A stretch of DNA of 64,000 bases from Selaginella moellendorffii (GCF_000143415.4 NW_003314360.1:426595-490594), one strand, 5' to 3'. Shown: positions 21,993 to 35,625, counted from the stretch's first letter. Notes: generated from the sequence alone by a model not told the origin. A program made the numbers and translations.

Positions 21993-23211
21993 GCCGGAAT
22001 TAAAAAAAAAAACCCTAATGTTGGACTATTTTTGGGGAGGCAGTGGTGGAAGGCGCCCAGTACCATGGCTGCTGTGATCGGAGGCACAGCCAGAGGTAGA
22101 AGAGTGCTTAGAGGAGAGCGTGCAATTTCCCCACACTTGCTACCGTCAACGGGGGCATCTGCCGTGAGATCCAGGGAAGCTTCGTTCCCCTATTTTTGCT
22201 TTTGCTGTGTACTCACTCTCATGTCAATAGCATGGAGAACAGCTGCAAGGGAGTCACAGCATCCACGCCCATCAATCTAAGCTCCCATGGTTGTGGAGTG
22301 TGAGGTAGGGGCCTCAGCATTCGGCTCCCACGAAAAGGACTGTTACAAGGTCGGGGGTCTGGAACATGCACGGCAGCAAGCCAGGATGGGAAAGGGCCCT
22401 CTGTATCTATGGCCAGAACACTGCTGTGCAAGGCAGCAAGTGAGCCACGCAAAGCAGCAGCCCAACAGGATAAGAACCGTGGGATAGAAGTGGTGGACGT
22501 TTCTAGGTTGGGAGATGGCCAGGTCCTGGAAAAAGCTGGAAGTGTAAGCCATGCTAGAGGCAAAGTGTCCACTGAGAGTGGAGAAGAGGACGAAGCTACC
22601 TCCCCTCACCCACTTGCTTGGTCATTGGCTGGAGTGCAAGAACTTCGTGAGAGTCTTAGGCCAGTCACAAGTCAGGAAGGCTTGCAGGGAATCATCCCAA
22701 GCACTTTTGCAGCTGAGGAGGTTCACAAGGATGGATGTCTCATAGAAGTGCAGGAGCGGTGCACCAGGGTCAGGTCAGGAGTCACCACTAGAGCAGCAGC
22801 ACGTGCAGCAGCAGCAGAGCTAGGGCATGGGACAGGAGAACTCAAGTCTGCCCCACCTAGAACGACCAAAAACAGAGAGGAATAGGGCCCTAGTGTGGAT
22901 GCACTTATGTCCTACAGGATCAACATGGAGGCCTCACTAGAAGGTGAGTTCACAATCCTTCACTTAGAGACACAATCAAGCCAGGAGCTCTCCAGGGAGA
23001 CTGACTGTTCAGCCGTGGCCTCAGGGTTGAACAAGGAACAGCCACTCTGGACACTAAAGTTTGCCCATAGATGCTTGTTGGACTTGATGAACAAGCCCAA
23101 AGCTTCACTTCCATCTTCACCAGCTTGTTCCTGAAGTGTGAGGTCCTGATCCAGCTCACAGCCCCTAGTGGTGAGGGTCTACACTGACTCAAGACAGGTT
23201 GGAGACAGCTA

Positions 23212-23289
23212 GGTTTAGGGTTTAGGGTTTAGGCGCATTTAGGGTTTAGGCTTTAGGGTTTAGGATTTAGGTGCATTTAGGCATTTAGG
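23212..23289 (+). repeat. Interstitial degenerate plant telomeric repeat array (TTTAGGG)n
   Basis: ggtttagggtttagggtttaggcgcatttagggtttaggctttagggtttaggatttagg... Confidence 0.9.
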
Positions 23290-23310
23290 TCAAAGACACC
23301 CCGTGCTGCT

Positions 23311-23749
23311 GCAATCCAGCAAAATCACAGTGCCACTTTGTGCAATCCACATTCTCTATGTGTCGTTGTCAAGACAGCGTGATCGAGAGCAAGTAGAGGA
23401 GGCAAGGGAATGAATTTTCATTCATTCGTGAGCAAGGGAGAGGACAAGAGACAACCCGAGACCAGTTTCATCCTTTTTGGGACTCATCAGCCGGGTGTAG
23501 TCGTCTAGTGTCTACCCTAACCCTAGCTCGGCATCAACTCTACTTATGTCTGGCTCTCTTACTTGGTGTGAGTCCATGTGGCGGCCATGCAAAGTGGTGT
23601 GGCAGTGTTGACTCGCGAGGATGCGAACATAGCAAAGCTGGAGTTGGTTACTCAGCAGCAGTGGTAGTCACGGAGAATGACTTCGGCAAATTGCCGAAGA
23701 CAGTAAGCATTCGTCCGACAGGTGATGTACCTTTGACGCAAGATAACTT
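23311..23749 (-). mobile_element. Penelope-like pLTR copy 2, inverted
   Basis: Reverse complement of 21554-21992. On the minus strand it is followed by CCCTAAA repeats. Confidence 0.75.
23454..23496 (-). ncRNA. Minimal type I hammerhead ribozyme (GUC cleavage site)
   Basis: Minus strand reads ACCCGG-CTGATGA-GTCC-caaaaa-GGAT-GAAA-C-tg-GTC-TCGGGT. Stem I is ACCCGG/TCGGGT, stem II is 4 bp, stem III is minimal. Confidence 0.88.
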
Positions 23750-23759
23750 ATAATTTTGT

Positions 23760-24220
23760 ACAAAAGACTCCTTGTTTAAGTTCCGTTGAAGCTAACTTCT
23801 TCAATACATGTCTAATGTCTTTTCCCTGTGTCTATTTCTTTTTGGTCCTGATTAGTATTTCTTCCTCTTCATCATCCGAGTCATCATTAACATGAGAAGA
23901 TTCACCTTTAGTGAACTGCTTATGTTTTAAGATTCCTTGAGACAGTGAATCAACACTTTCTTCATCTGGTGTATTAGCCAATGTGATCATGTTACAATAG
24001 GCTTCTCATAATCCTTGTATATAAGACAAACTCTTGCCTTTGTCGGTGATGAGATCTTTACATTTCTTTGCATGTAATTTGAATCGTCTAGTATAGTCTT
24101 GAATTCCTTCCTTTGGTCGCTGTTTTATATTCTTAATGTGCTTATAATGCTCCTTTGGTGTTCCTCCAGCTGGGAATTGTTCTTTGACACCAGTGCACCA
24201 ACATGTATTTAAAACATGCT
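23760..24220 (-). mobile_element. Retrotransposon gag fragment
   Basis: Minus-strand translation KNIKQRPKEGIQDYTRRFKLHAKKC...YIQGL resembles the gag QxxxExxxxYxxRF motif. Stops are present. Confidence 0.55.
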
Positions 24221-25593
24221 ATAGGTCACAGCTTAGGAACTTAGTTCCTCCGCACTGCCAAGTCCTCTCGCTTGGCAAGTCGGTGATCATACATGGACTC
24301 CTCCATGCTCGGCCCCATGGGCCACCCTTTTTGAAGTTAGCACCTTCAACTAGGGGATTTGTTCCCTTGACTTGCCAATCTCGCTTAGCAAGTCATTCGG
24401 CCAACGTAACATGGTTCATGCATAAGTGTGAAAGTCCTTAACCATCGACTTTCGTTCAAAGCCCTCTCTTTGAACACTCGGGAACTACTTCCCCAACCTT
24501 GATAGCTTCGCCTCATAGCCAGCTTCAAGACCACGCTTCTGCTGCACCATTTTAATTTCGCGCACTCTATGAACCATTTACACTTAGCTTTCTAGGTACT
24601 TATCTACCTAGAATTGTCTTCGGGAACCTTCAAGGAACTCTGTTCCTTAGCTTGCTAAGGTTTCTCCTTTGCAAGCTCCCTACCCACCATATGGTCTAAC
24701 ATGGATAATTCCACATTTTAGACTCTCCATGGCACCCTGGTCGGTAGTAACAACGTGCTTGAGCACCCACTTGATTCTCCACCCCTAACTTACATAACAA
24801 CCTTTGGTCATGCCTGTCAATTCCTATAATTTGGTTCTATCTTTTTACTACTTGCCTTTTGACCCCATACATTTCCTTCGGTCATTCTCCTCCAGACTAA
24901 GAAGATAGCTTTGCACTTTTTATCATGCCTTAGCAAGTGTTCATAAGGATGAACCTATCTAACAGCCTAGAGAGTGGTTCCTCAATTTGGGTTTGCTTAC
25001 TTTGTAATCCCACACATTGGGCTTACCATTGCTATTTAAGGGCATTTGTATGTCTATCACTAACCTTGCCAAAATCCCTTTTTGGCTTTGTCCAATTTGG
25101 GTAGACGGACTTTTCCCGTCTCCACAACCTTGGACATTTAGATAACACTTTTTATCCATCATTCGTTAAAGACTTAGTCCCTTGGGCCTTATCTATTGCC
25201 CTATACTAAACACCACCTCTTGATGTTCTAGAGTGTTTAGGTGTCCCAATGATGGCCTCTTTGACAATGAGCATTTCTTTTTATGACATTGACTCACTAT
25301 TTCGCAATATAAACAATTTATCCCCGATAAAGGTATATCTAACTTCTTTATGCTATTAAGAAGTTTTGGGTAGTTACCTTCTACCTATTTAACCAATTAC
25401 CTTGCACCTCTTGCTTAGTTGCCTTATAGTTGTCATGTTTTACAACTCATTGCTAGTGCTTCCACACCTTTATCATTATCCGGGTCACCACACTCTACCA
25501 CATGCCTTCTAACTTAGCCTATTCCATTCCCATTTCCATTGGGATTCCCTTGGAAGGGGTTCTCATAAACTCGCCAACTTAACCTCAAGGCAA

Positions 25594-28373
25594 CATGCCT
25601 TGCTACATTCGGTGTTTCCACACCATCGACTCCATGAGCTTACCTCTATGACACTTTTTATTTGTGTTTAGGTCTTTACTAAGACCAATACAATGGTCTC
25701 TTATGCCAACTATCCATTAACACTACACCATAGAATTTATGCACAACTTTGTGTTAAAGTTGTTTTCTTCCGAGAAACTCTTTCCCATGACTTTAGTATG
25801 GCACATTCTGCCACTCATGAGATACCCACTATTCTCATACTTAAACCTTACGATCCTCCTCGTCCTTTGTGGGGCACCATACACTTTAGCCCAAATGCTT
25901 TTTCCAATCCATTAGAACCATTCCTTGACTCTTCTTGAGTCATCTAGTATTTTTGGACTTTGGTAAACCAACGACCCCTAAGGTCCTATTTTTGAGATGC
26001 CAGCTCACTGGAATACAACTTCATGTATTCATGTTCTACTCATAAGGACCATCTTGCAAGTGTTACTCCAACACTTTATTATTTTCCGTTCTTTGTGGGC
26101 TACTTTTGCCCCTTAGGACTATCCGTCCCCATGATGAGAATATCGACTCATCCTTTGAGCACACCCCTGGGTTTGTTCCAGCATTTATAAATGGTAGCCC
26201 CGGCTACCATTTCAAGGACTCATGTCCTCATCCATACTTGACCTCTCACGGTCATCAATTCCGATCTCAATTTCATGAGTACCAGCCTCAACTATGCAAA
26301 GATAATTTTGTGACTCCTTTATTGTTTTGGAGTCTCTATCTTCCCCGTGATCCCAACTATAGTTGTTTACCACAACTACATTAGCCAGTTTGTTAAGTCA
26401 AATGCTCATCTGGATCACATCCTCAACTCAATGAGGAAAACTTTGCACTGTTCCCAAGATCCCAAAGTCGTTCCATTATTGGCCCTTTTCTATCCACCAC
26501 CTCACCTACACGTTCACACATGAACTGTAGTGGAGAGCCATGTCTTCCCGACTTGTTATTCCTCACGGATAGGCTCACTCCTAGGACCTTCCAATACCAA
26601 TATTAGTGGTGATATACTTGAGCACCAATAAAAGTCGGACCAAGGAATAGCTCCGATACTAAGTTGTAAGCGACTAAATTTTTCATTCTACTTTAGTCAC
26701 TTAACCACACCTCCGACCACTTGGAAGAGTCTCATTCACAACCTCCATAAGTCCTATTTTAGACTTAGGGACTTGCTAGCCCCAAGAATGGCATCCATAC
26801 CACTCAACCATTGTACTTGGTCCAAGTGCTCCATGTGTTCGATCCAATGACTGACACCCCAAGGTACTACCGACAGATCGGCCCGTTACACTAAGGCCAT
26901 GCCCATTCACCTTGGTCACACCGGTGGTCTGACACCACCTCCATCACAGTCCCGTCTCTCAAAGACTGGGCCATTCGTCCATGAGCGATCATCCTAGATT
27001 GACTCCTTAGCATCCTTAGGATGCCCACAGACATGGGGAATAGCCTTCCTCAATATCGCTTTTCTAGTCCCAACCAAGTCCCTTTCTGCTCATGGCCGTG
27101 TTCGCCAACATTGCCACTGGATCGAGGCCCACCGGCCAGACCACTAAGTCCCACAGTCTTCTGGGACTTCCTCACCACCTGACTGTATCTTTGGTCACTA
27201 CACCAGAGGATTGCTCTTCTTCCTTTCCACAGTCTGGGCCTTTGGGACAACATTTCGGAACACCGTGGCCTTACGCGAGCCTCATGGGTACTCTCCCCAC
27301 CTTCTACCTTTGGGTGCTCTAGCCATGGGCTTAGAGCAAGGTTTCGTTGAGCCACAACAAGTATCCAAGTAGGTAGTGCCACCCACACTTGGACTGGGAG
27401 CATCGGCTAGTCGATCTCCCGGGGGAATTAGAACCAGCTCTTGAACACTTCACCAAACTACCCCGCTTGTCAGTCCATGTTCACTCTAGTTTTGGACTTC
27501 CCAATGGGCAGCTCCTCACCCAACACTGGGTATAGGCTTCCTGGGCCAAACAGGCCTTTCCTGGCCAAACTGGCTCCACTGCAATCCTCCCCCTTACTAT
27601 ACTTTTGGAGCTCACCAAACCCCCTAGGGTTTGGGAGATGAACGCTTGGGCTTTCACCCTCGCAGACTCAAACTCAAACTCGGACTCGGATTAGGACTCG
27701 GACTTGGGCTTGAGCTTGGGCTCAGCCTCGGTCTTGGCCTCTGCCTCGGTCTCGGTCTCGGTCCCGATCTCGGTCTCGGTCTCGGTCCCGATCTCAGTCT
27801 CGGTCTCGGTCCTAGTCTCAATCTTGGTCCCGGTCTCGGTCTCGACCTCGGACTCCATCTCGGGTCCTTCTCGGATTCCATCTTAGATTCCATCTTGGGT
27901 CCATCTCCGACTCTAACTCGGACTCTGTCTCGGTCCATCTCAGACTCCATCTCGGACTCCATCTTGGGTCCATCTCAGACTCCATCTCGGGTCCACCTCG
28001 GACTCTAACTCGGGTCCATCTCGGACTCCATCTTGGACTCCATCTCGGACTCCACCTCGGGTCCATCTCAGATTCCATCTCGGACTCCAACTCGGGTCCA
28101 TCTCGAACTCCATCTCGGACTCCATCTCGGGTCCATTTCGGACACTTCCACATGTCATGTGTTGGTCCTTTTGGGTCCTTTTTTGGAGCTTTGCTTATTG
28201 CTCGTTTCATGCTCGTTCCTCAAGCACTTTGTTAGGAGTTCCACTCCCGCTCTCGACCTTTCAAGTCAGAGCTTTTAGTCCAAATGTGTTACGCTCATTT
28301 GGCTTTCGCTGCGGCCACTACCACGTGGTGCTCTTTTGGCTCCACTTTGGGCCTTAGGGATTTGTGTTTCACA
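25594..28373 (-). mobile_element. LTR retrotransposon remnant, unit 1: internal segment, PBS and LTR (26665-28373, TG...CA)
   Basis: gctccgatacta (26650-26661) is a degenerate reverse complement of the tRNA-Met PBS tggtatcagagc and lies next to tgtaagcg. The unit is repeated at 28376-30763. Confidence 0.7.
27660..28145. repeat. 6/12-bp minisatellite (ctcggt / ctcggactccat / ctcgggtccat) inside LTR 1
   Basis: Directly visible tandem units. A shorter homologous array lies at ~30330-30620 in LTR 2. Confidence 0.92.
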
Positions 28374-28375
28374 AT

Positions 28376-30763
28376 CATGCCTTGACACATTTAGTGTTTC
28401 CACACCATCAGCTCCACGAGACTACATTTATGATACTTTTTACTTGTGTCTAGGTCCTTGCCAAGACCAATATAGTTCTTTCTCATGCCAATTATATGTT
28501 AGCATTGCACTATAGAGTTTACACACAACTTTGTATCAAAGTTGTTTTCTTCTAGGAACACATTTCCCACGACTTTAATATGGCACATTTTGCCATCAAT
28601 GAGATACCCACTATTCTCATACTTGGATATTATGATCTTCCCCATCCTCCGTGGGGCACAACACACCTCTGTCCAAATGTTTTTACCAATCTCTTAGGAC
28701 CATTTATTGACTCTACTTAAGTCATCTAATATTTTTGGACTTTGTTAATCTAATGATCCGCCAGGTCTTATTTTTGAGATGCCAGCTCGTAGGAATACAA
28801 CTTCGTGTATTAATGTCCTACTCATAAAGTCCATCTTTGCAAGTGTTACTCAAACACTTAATTATTTTCTGTTCTCTATTAACTACTTTTACCCGTTATG
28901 ACTATCTGTCCCTATGATGAGAATACTAACTCATTCTCTAAATACACCCCCAACTCCTTCGGTTTATTCCAACATTTATAAAAAGGTAGCTTTGGCTACC
29001 ATTTCAAGGATTCATGTCCTCATCTGTATTTCACCTTTTATGGTTATTATTTTTGGTCTAAAATTCATGAGCACTAGCTTCAACTATATGAGAATAATCT
29101 TGTGACTCCTTTATTGTTTTGGAGTCCTTATCTTTTCCGTGATCCCAACTATAGCTGTTTACCACAACTACATTAGCAAATTTACTATATCAAATGCTTA
29201 TTTAGATCACATCCTCAACTAAGGAAAACTTTATACTTTTCCCAAGATTCCAAAGTCATTCCCTTACTAACCCTTTTCCATCCACCACCTTACCTACACC
29301 CACACATGAACTGTAGTGGAGAGCCATGTCTTCCTGACTTGCTACTCCCCAAGGATAAGCCCACTCCTAGGACCTTCTGATGCAAACACTAGTGGTGATA
29401 TATTTGAGTACCAATAAAAGTCAAATTAAGGAACAGTTCTAATATCAAATTGTAAACGACTAATTTTTCCATTCTACTTTAGTCATTTAACCACACCTTC
29501 GACCACTTGGAAGAGTCTTACTCATAACCTCCATAAGTCCTATTTTAGACTTGGGGCTTGCTATCCTCGAGAATGGCATCCATACCACTCAACCTTTGCA
29601 CTTAGTCCAAGTGCTCTATGTGTCTGATTTTATGCTCGACACCCCAAGGTGCCACCAACATATCAACCCATTACGCTAAGGCCATGCCCCTTCACCTTGG
29701 TCATACCGGTGGTCTAACACCACCTGCATCACAGTCCCATCTCTCAAAGACTGAGCCATCCATCCATGAGTGATCATCCCAAATCCACTCTTTAAGATGC
29801 CCACAAACATGGGGAATAGCCTTCCCCAATATCCCTTTTCCCGTCCCTACCAAGTCCCTTTCTGTCCATGGCCATGTTCGTCAACACTGCCATAGGCTCG
29901 TCCACTAAGTCACATGGTCTTTTGAGACTTCTTCACCATATGACCATATCCTTGGTCACTATATCAGAGGACTACTCCTCTTCTTTTCCATAGTTTAGGA
30001 CTTGGGACAATGATTCGAAATATTGTGGCCCTACGTAAGCCTTATGGGTGCTCTCCCTGCCTTTTGCCTTTGGGTGCTTTAGCCATGGGCTTAGAGGGAG
30101 GTTCTGTTGAGCCACACCAGATATCCAAGTAGGTAGTGCCACCCATGCTTAGATTGGGAGCATTGACCATTTGATCTCCTTGGAGAACTAGAGTTGGCTC
30201 TTGAACACTTTACCAAGCTACCCCGTTTATCGGTTCATATTCACTCTAGCCTTGGACTTCCCAATGGTCATCCCATCACGCAATAGTTGGGTATAGCTTT
30301 CACCCAACAACTTGTATCAGTATTCAGATTCGGATTTAGACTCGGACTCGGACCCGGACTCGGTCTCAGTCTCGGCTGCAGAGTTGGACTCGGTCTCAGT
30401 CTCGGTCTCAATTCCATCTTGGACTCCATCTTAGACCCTATCTTGGGTCCATCTCGGACTCTATATTGGTCTCCACCTCGGGTCCATCTCGGACTCCATC
30501 TTGGGTCCATCTCGGGTCTATATTGGACTCCATCTCAGGTCCATCTTGGACTCCATCTCAGTCTCCACTCTAACTTGGGTCCATCTCAAACTTCATATTA
30601 GACTCTATCTCGGGTCCTTTGTTGGGAGTTCCACTCCCGCTCTCATCTTTTCAAGTTGAAGCTTTTAGTCCAAATGTCTTCTACTCATTTGGCTTTCGTT
30701 TCAACCACTACCATGTGGCACCCTTTTAGCTCCACTTTGGGACTTTGGGATTTATGTCTCACA
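28376..30763 (-). mobile_element. LTR retrotransposon remnant, unit 2 (tandem, diverged): LTR 29451-30763
   Basis: Aligns with 25594-28373. The LTR starts tgtaaacgac and ends tcaca. Confidence 0.7.
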
Positions 30764-31189
30764 CCATGCTAACTAATGGAGTACCTATATCCACTCTTTA
30801 ACCCATTAGTATGCTAAAAGAGCATTACTCTATTTAGCTCCATTTTATATGTTGGTTCTAGCATTGTGATGTTAGATGCTCTAGAACTATTTTTATGTCA
30901 TTCTGTGCTCTTGTACTTTTTCTCCTTGGGTTAAACACTCAAAAGTCACTTCAAGCTTCAATTTCTTATTATTGCTACTTAAACTTATCTTAGATCTTTT
31001 ATGAGTTCTTCATGTAATACCCTTTACTTTATTATTTTAAAAAGTTTTCCAAGCTTACATTATGGAGAAAAATAATTACTAGAATTTTTACATTATTTCT
31101 TAGAATATAGAGTTTCATCTTTAATATTTATTCAATTAATATTTTATATAGTTATGAGTGCTTGGAATATGGAAAGGAAATATGGAAAA

Positions 31190-34100
31190 TGTGCATATCA
31201 ATTAGCCCAAAAACCCTAGCTTATATACAAGAGCGAGTGGTTCAGATTGAAACCAATCCAATGGCTACCAAAATTCAACTACGCTAATATTAGTATACAG
31301 CATCATAGCCGTACACTTAGCCTTCACATCATCCCCTCCTCTCGGAATAATGGAAGACCATCAGGGTTCTCTTGTAGAGGGGTTGGGATCTGGAGGAACA
31401 TCAGGAGGAGGCATTGGCAGATTTGTAATGGGTATTAACTGCTCTTGATCCCTTTGTATGAAGCGTTTTAACCGTTGCACATGTACAATCTCTGGAGGAT
31501 CAGTGTGCTGGACATCATTCCAAACTTCATAAACTTGCAATCGAACTTGCCACAACATCCGATAAAGTCCTTTCCATTGAGCAAGGAGCCCCTTAGATAA
31601 ACCACGTATCATAAGATGGGGAAAACAGACTAACACCAAGTCATCCACTTTGTATTCTGCAGGTGGACGATGATGGGAGTTATAGTGCCATTGTTATCCC
31701 ACTTGTATGCGGCATAAGTGTTTGACAGACTCTACTCGGACAAGTGGAAGAATGCTAGTCAAATATTGATCCCAAGACCTAACATCGGCAGCTCATGGCA
31801 ATCGTGAAGGTAAACCCAGCTCTGTTGGTAATTTTGGATCATGACCATATAGGAGTTTATATGGTGAAGTATCAACAGAACTCTGCACCCCGGTGACATA
31901 TGCATAATGAAGAGACAACAAATAACCATCCCAATCCAAATGCTAAAAGTTTAAATATTTCATGATCATTCTTTGAACATTCGAATAAGCCATTCCACCA
32001 GACCGTTTGATTGTGGATGATAAACACTCATGAAAATGTGGCGTATCCCTGACTGAGACGTCAAAATATGAAATGCCTCAACCATAAATGTGGGACCATT
32101 ATCCAAAAGAATCCACTTTGGACAAAAATGCTGGAACACCACTCAATTGAGGAGGAAATATCCAATAGCAATTGCAGAGGCACTAGCAAGAGCACCAACT
32201 TCCACCCAACAAGTCAAGTAGTTAGAAGCAATAATAACATATTTATTGCCAGTAGTTGACCGTGGAAAAGGTCCCATAAGATCAAACACCACCAACTCAA
32301 ATAGACAGAAAACTGCAATTGACTCCAACCGTCCTTCCATAGCACAACAAGGAGTATTATGAGTTTGGCACCAAATGTAGCTACGCATATACCAGATAAC
32401 ATGACGTCACATTTCCGGACAATAGAAAGACATGTGCAGCTTCTCAGCCACACGATGATGTCCCATATTCCTGCTTAGAACAAGAGAATCGTGGTAGGCA
32501 TGGAGAAACCGCAAAAAAAAGACAGAAGGCACCACTAGCCATAAATGATCATCAGGATCCATCCCCACAAAATAAAGAAGGCCATCTTCAATGCGATAGT
32601 AAGAATGTAAATGCCGGAATCGCAAGTCATCAGCAAGTGATGCAAGATTCTCAAACCCATCTTGAAACCTTTGTATCCATATCTCAAGTTCTTGAGCCTC
32701 ATGAACCTCATCAAGAGAAGGTAGATCCTACTTTGCACCTTGCAGACACTAAACATCAAGTATAGCAACCGCCGATGGCATAGAATCCTCATCTAGAAAA
32801 TCCACAGATGCCAAAACAACAGGCTCATCAAAAACATGAGAAGAGAATGGAGAAGGAATAGGAGCTCAAAAAAGGGTATCAGCAGCAGCTATAAAACTCC
32901 CAGAGCGATGAATAACATCAAAATCATATATTTAAAGCTTCAAAGCCCACCGAGCAATACGACCAACCAGGTTCTTTTGCTTCAATAATGAAGTAACAAG
33001 CAATATGACCACTTTCAAGTAATGTCCGAGAACCATGTAAATATGCATAAAGTTTTTCGAAACCCCAAACTGCTACTAAACACTTGTTCCCTGTCGTGGA
33101 GTAGTTCACCTCTGCTAATTGTAACATACGGCTTATATATACAATGGGATAATGCTAACTAAACACACTTGGGCTCTTTTGCATCAACACACCTCCAAGA
33201 TTAATATCAAAAGCATCCATGCATAAAATAAAAGGTCAAGTGTAGTCAAAATATGCCAAAACTAGAGAAGTCATCAATAACTCTTTGAGATCCACAAATG
33301 CCTGCTCATAATCCAGAGACCAAATGAAAGATGACGTTGATAACTTTAGCAACGCTCGTAATGGTGCAGTGCGATCAGAAAAATGATCCATAAAACAACC
33401 GAGATACTGCACCTTGCCCAAGAAGTGTTGTACATCATTCACACACTTCAGAGCAGGGAACTTTAGAACAGCCACAAGTTTATCAGGATCAACTTGCAAA
33501 CCTTCACAAAAAATACGGTACCCAAGATAAGTCATGTTCTTGGACCTAAACACGCACTTCGACCGCTTCAGCTTTAAACTAACATCCTGTAGCCGATCCA
33601 ACACTTTACAAACATCACAGATGTGCTCCTCTCACATCGCTTCCGAGTGAATCAAGACATCATCAATGAAGTCAACAGTCACTTTTATCATATCACAAAG
33701 AATCTCATCCATCATCCATTAAAAAGTTGTTGAAGCATTGTTCAAACCAAATAGCATAAACTCATATAAACTAAACAGTATACAAAAAGCAGTCTTAGGA
33801 ATATCTTCTTTGGCCATTGGTATTTGCCAGTACCTAGAAGCAAGATTTAGCTTGGTGAACCAATGACTTCGCCCCAAACGATCCAAAAGATCAATAATGT
33901 GAGGAAGAGGGTACACATCCGGGATCGTCACTTTGTTTAACAAATAATACTCAATGCAAAAATGAATACTCCCATCAGGTTTTGTCACAAGATGAGGTTC
34001 ATATGCCCAAGGATTCCGTGACTTCTGAATAACACCCTTTTCCAACATCTTCTTGACGTTTACATGTAAAAATTTTAATCTCTTTGGGTGACCAACGATG

Positions 34101-35625
34101 AACAAAAACCTTGATTGGACGCACATCCCCGGTTGGAATAGGATGACGTGTGGCAATCTTGGCTCCAGACGATATGTCAAATTCAAAGAGATCAAAATAC
34201 TCCTTCATGAGCCGATCAACCACTACAACACAAAGATTGTCAGAGGGGTTGAAAAAAGGAAGAGCAAAGCAAGATGAAAATATAGAAGGAAAGAGTGGGG
34301 AGACAAAAGTAATGAAAGCAGAGGTACAAGTAAAGGGATAAAGAGGTACTGAAGTGAGAGGAATGGATGAAATATAAGGTAGTATGAGACAAGGGGGAAA
34401 AGCCTCAAAGTCACACTTAGCATGATTGTGCTATAACCAATCTATACTAAGGATGAGGTCAAAAGCTTGACTCAGCACCACCCGCAATGACTGCAACCCA
34501 AGCTCAAGATCACCCACATGCACAACCAGGTTTGCCTCATCCTGTGCACATGCATGTGTATGGCCATTGCCATAAAGAATAAAAGCTGACACAAATGTAG
34601 ATGGCAACATATAGCAACAGGTCAAGCAATAAAAGATAAACTCAAACCTGTATCAGCAAACATGAAGAGAATAATAGAAAACCTCTTGTTATAAAAATGA
34701 AATTGGAAAGTAAACATTGGATGAACCGGTGCCAAATGAACCCCTTGATAATACTCTCGAAAGAAAGATAGAGGGGTCACTGACTTATTCGCGCAAAATC
34801 CCTCCATTACTCATGCGACTCCTCATTTCCCGGATGGACCTCGATGTCCAGAGCTTCCACTGTAGCAACACCAACAGGACTTGTTGACACCAAGGTCTCC
34901 ACCCAGGAAATGGAGGTCACCAATCCGGAAAACGTTGACAACACCGATAAATGTGACCAACATCATCACATGCCCAATAACGAACATCACGGCCACGACC
35001 ACATCCTCGCCTTTGTTCTTGGACTCAAGCAGTAGCAGCATCAACCTCCATTGGAATAGGACCATCACCCATAGGAAGTGGAGCGAAAAGATGTGTAGCA
35101 AGAAGTGGAAAAGGCGACATTTTATAATGTTGTGCCAAATGAAAAGCATTGTCAAGGGTGCCTAGAGCAAGTGCATACACAAGTCCAACAAGATCTTGAT
35201 GAAGTGCTAATCACAAAATTCTTAACTTGATCCGCTCCGACATATTTGGCTCCACACGAAGTAAGAAGCTTTGGACCAAATTGCATCACCAACTCAGATG
35301 GCCCTTGACAAAGACAATGCAATTGCTAGAAGGCATCATCACAATCGTCAACATGTCCAAATGCATATTTAAAGACGTTTGGGAGAACACTCCAATCCCC
35401 ACAAGTGGCTACGCTCAAACCATTGTACCACTACAGCGCTGTCCCTTAGAGACACATGGGAAACTCATGCAAATATCGAGCATCATCCCAAAAATGATGT
35501 GTGGCAATCACCGTGAAGTGATCAAACCAATGGTACACATCATCCCCAAGATTCCCGCGAAAGAATTTCGGTTGAATATGAGGATTGGCACCAAGAGCAG
35601 AAGGAGCTATACCTTGTCAGGAGGT
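31190..35625 (-). mobile_element. Degenerate Ty3/gypsy retrotransposon (gag-pol with many stops and frameshifts)
   Basis: RT: NPWAYEPHLVTKPDGSIHFCIEY..LNKVTIPDVYPLPHI..LLDRL...YWQIPM...KTAF. RNase H region present. Integrase: DLMGPFPRSTTGNKYVIIASNYLTCWVEV and LLAQWKGLY. PPT gaggaggggatga followed by TG at 31343-31327. Confidence 0.9.

Noticed and set aside
22409-23134. ORFs in the insert between the two pLTRs, and a 14-nt match (ggccaggtcctgga) to 2941
   Set aside because: No domain recognised, and the match is too short to establish homology by eye.
24220-25590. Possible pol/integrase remnant upstream of the tandem LTR units
   Set aside because: Too decayed to read convincing motifs, so left uncalled.
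27631-28278. LGLG/PRPR/ESEM repeat ORFs
   Set aside because: Translations of the LTR minisatellite, open in several frames on both strands. Not genes, and not a CRISPR array because there are no unique spacers.
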